The translations under genes and the position numbers were made by a program. From Gammaproteobacteria bacterium (GTDB lineage: Bacteria > Pseudomonadota > Gammaproteobacteria > Eutrophobiales > Eutrophobiaceae), in assembly GCA_965238225.1 (NCBI GenBank), contig OZ250183.1, positions 1 through 64,000 on the forward strand: 64,000 bases of DNA, read 5' to 3'. Shown piece after piece: positions 61,350 to 64,000 of the stretch. Every line of letters starts with the position of its first letter. The first letter of the stretch is position 1. The notes below the pieces were generated by a model. It searched no databases, was not told where the DNA came from, and saw nothing but the letters and a program-made list of their open reading frames with translations.

Positions 61350-64000
61350 ATGTCACAATACGCATTATTAGACTTAGCCTACGACCGAGAAACCTATCTT
61401 GATTTTTTAGCGAATAGATTCAATTTTCAAAAACTACTTAAACCCATTCCAATAGAAAATAACGAGGTTGAGCATTTCTATCAATTAGGCACAGTAACCA
61501 CTGACGATGACAAAAGCCTGCTAGTTTTTGAAATTGATATTAAACCCAATACCCAACTCGCCAGAAACCGTGTGCAACTGCGTGATATGGTTGCCAAACG
61601 AATCCAAAGAGAAGACGGGGCTTTAGCGGTTTATGTGGATGCAGAAAATGAACAATGGCGATTTAGTTTTATTGCTATTGAATATCGGCTTGACGAGAAC
61701 GGGGTTAAAGAAGATCAAACCGCCAGCAAACGCTTTACTTATCTTTTAGGCGAAGGTGCACAAACTAGAACTGCAAAAGCTAGATTTAAGGAAATTAGCA
61801 AACAATCTAGCCTAGTGGACTTAAAAACCGCTTTTGCCGTTGAGCCTTTAAGCAAAGAGTTTTATAACAAATTGTATCAATGGTATAAAGAAGCCCAAGA
61901 ACAAGTCGTTTTCCCTAATGACGCAAATGCACAAAATCACATCCAAACCAGTTTAATTTGCCTGCTCACTCGGCTTTTATTCGTTTGGTTTTTAAAAGAG
62001 AAAAATCTCATCAACAAAGATTTATTTGATTTAGAACAATTAAAAACTCTGATTGATTATGAAAAAGACAATAGTTTTTACAAAGCCATTCTGCAAAACC
62101 TATTTTTTGCTACCTTAAGCAAAGAAATTGATAAACGCGATTTTAGAAACAAAAGAACCTTTCAAGGAAAAAACAAGCATTATGGCGATCAATATCATTA
62201 CCGTTATCACGATTTGGTAAAAGATCAAGAAAAGTGGCAACAGTGTTTTAGTCAAACCCCGTTTTTAAACGGTGGATTATTTGAGTGTTTAGACAGAGAA
62301 GCGACAGAGAAAGATAAAACCATTCGCATAGAAGAAAAAATGATAAGGATGGATGGTTTTTCAGAACACAAACGCAATCCGCTGAAATTAGCAAATTTAC
62401 TATTTTTTAATAACGATAAAAATAAGTTAGGCTTGATTGATTTATTCAAGCAATACCAATTCACGGTAGAAGAATCCACCCCGATGGATATAGAAGTCGC
62501 CCTTGACCCAGAATTATTGGGCAAGGTATTTGAGAATCTGCTGGCAAGTTACAACCCAGAAACAGGCGGGCAAGCCCAAGCCACCGGCAGTTTTTACACA
62601 CCCCGCCCGATTGTTGAATATATGGTGGATGAAAGCCTGAAGCAATACTTCAAACAACACACGGATTTAGACGAAAGCCAAATAAACGACCTGTTTATCG
62701 AGGGTGAAAATACACTGAATGAAAAACAAATAAAAACCGTTATTAATGCCATTGATCAGTTAAAAATCTTAGACCCTGCGGTGGGGAGTGGGGCATACCC
62801 GATGGGTATCTTACAAAGGCTGGTGTTTATCTTAGACAAAATAGACCCAGATAATGCCCATTTTAAACAACAACAATTAGCTAAAACTAAGCAAATGGAT
62901 GAGATGAGTAAAAAGGCTTCTATTGATGCCATAGAACAAGTTTTCTCACAAGCCAACCAACACAATGCCTATGGCAAAAAACTATTTTTGATTGAAAACT
63001 GCATTTATGGCGTGGATATTCAAGCTATTGCCATTTTAATTGCTCAACTGCGTTTTTTTATCAGCCTGACCATTGAGCAAGACAATAACACCGATGCAGA
63101 AGATAATTTTGGTATTCAACCATTGCCAAACTTGGATTATCATTTTAAAGTTGGCAATTCTTTAATTGGCTTCCCCATCAATACTTCAACTGGCTTACCC
63201 ATCGATTACTCCTCTAATAAGAAACTGAAAAATTTATTAGCTGAAATCAAGCCACTCAAACATCAGTTTTTCTCAGAAAACGACCACCGCAAAAAAGACA
63301 AACTCAGAAAAGAAATAAACAGCAAAATAAAACAATGCTATCAAGAGATGGAGAAAGGTATTAGTTATTCAGTTGATTTTGATTTTAAAATTGATTTTAG
63401 TGAGATTTTTGATAATAAAAACAATACAGACGGCTTTGATATTGTAATAGGCAACCCGCCTTATATCAGGCAAGAATCTATCAAAGAATTTAAGCCACAA
63501 TTCAAAAAAATACGTTATAACATTTTTACTGGCACAGCTGATATTTACACTTACTTTTATGAAAAAGGATTTAATTTATTGAGTGAAAGCGGGCATTTAT
63601 GCTACATCACCTCTAATAAATGGATGCGAGCAAAGTATGGCGAAAAACTGCGCGGTTTTTTCAAACACCAAACCCAATTAAAACAAATTATTGACTTTGA
63701 AGGCGAGACAAATTTTTGAAAATGCCACCGTTGATACCAATATTTTACTTTGTGGTAAGTGGCAAAATAGCAAAATAGATAAAAAAACAGATTTTAATTA
63801 TCAAAAACAACTACCCAACAAACAAAACCCATTATTTACCATGGCAATTAGTGATTTATCAGACAATGCCTATACCTTAGCACCACCAAATATTTTAGCC
63901 CTAAAAAAGAAAATTGAAGCAATCGGCACAGCCCTTAAAGACTGGGATATAAATATAAATTATGGAATAAAAACAGGCTTTAATGAAGCCTTTATTATTG
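61350..64000 (+). CDS. Eco57I-like type IIG R-M / N6-adenine methyltransferase; frameshift near 63710, runs off the window
   Basis: FLNGGLF, GSFYTP, LDPAVGSG, GNPPY, ITSNKW; after the stop at 63719 another frame continues FENATVDTNI...YGIKTGFNEAFII. Confidence 0.88.

Noticed and set aside
456-62965. The many short antisense or overlapping ORFs in the supplied track (e.g. 1200-1643, 6255-6641, 31911-32354, 56531-56935)
   Set aside because: They are shadows of well-supported genes on the other strand or frame, with no recognisable motifs.
58065-64000. Complete DISARM or BREX system
   Set aside because: Core drmA/drmB or brxC/pglZ genes are not visible in the window.

Overview
AT-rich gammaproteobacterial chromosome segment. 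Most of it is housekeeping: purEK, gltBD, dgt-aroB-aroK-pilMNOPQ-mrcA, priA, argS, thiSG, trmB, prlC, xth, rpmE, yihA, cytochrome c4, dsbA, msrA, uvrD and pmbA. Three accessory blocks interrupt it: a type I restriction-modification island (24.7-31.1 kb), tandem Sel1-repeat genes beside a decayed tRNA-Arg (49.2-52.3 kb), and a PLD/SNF2 helicase plus type IIG R-M pair (58 kb to the end). The most striking signal is in the type I R-M island. About 6 kb of it almost completely lacks the dinucleotide GpC, including two runs of about 1.5 kb with none by manual reading, so HsdM and HsdR are nearly alanine-free even in catalytic motifs (DEAH->DEVH, DPACG->DPCCG). Two later GpC-containing insertions stand out against that background, both in-frame and both at a CNTGA^T site. 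One is a 300-bp GIY-YIG nuclease cassette bounded by the halves of a CCTGCC..GGCAGG palindrome in hsdM; the other is a 21-bp 'empty' copy of that palindrome in hsdS. The island ends at the 5' half of a tRNA-Gly(CCC). All counts are manual, family assignments rest on recalled motifs, and no database search was run.
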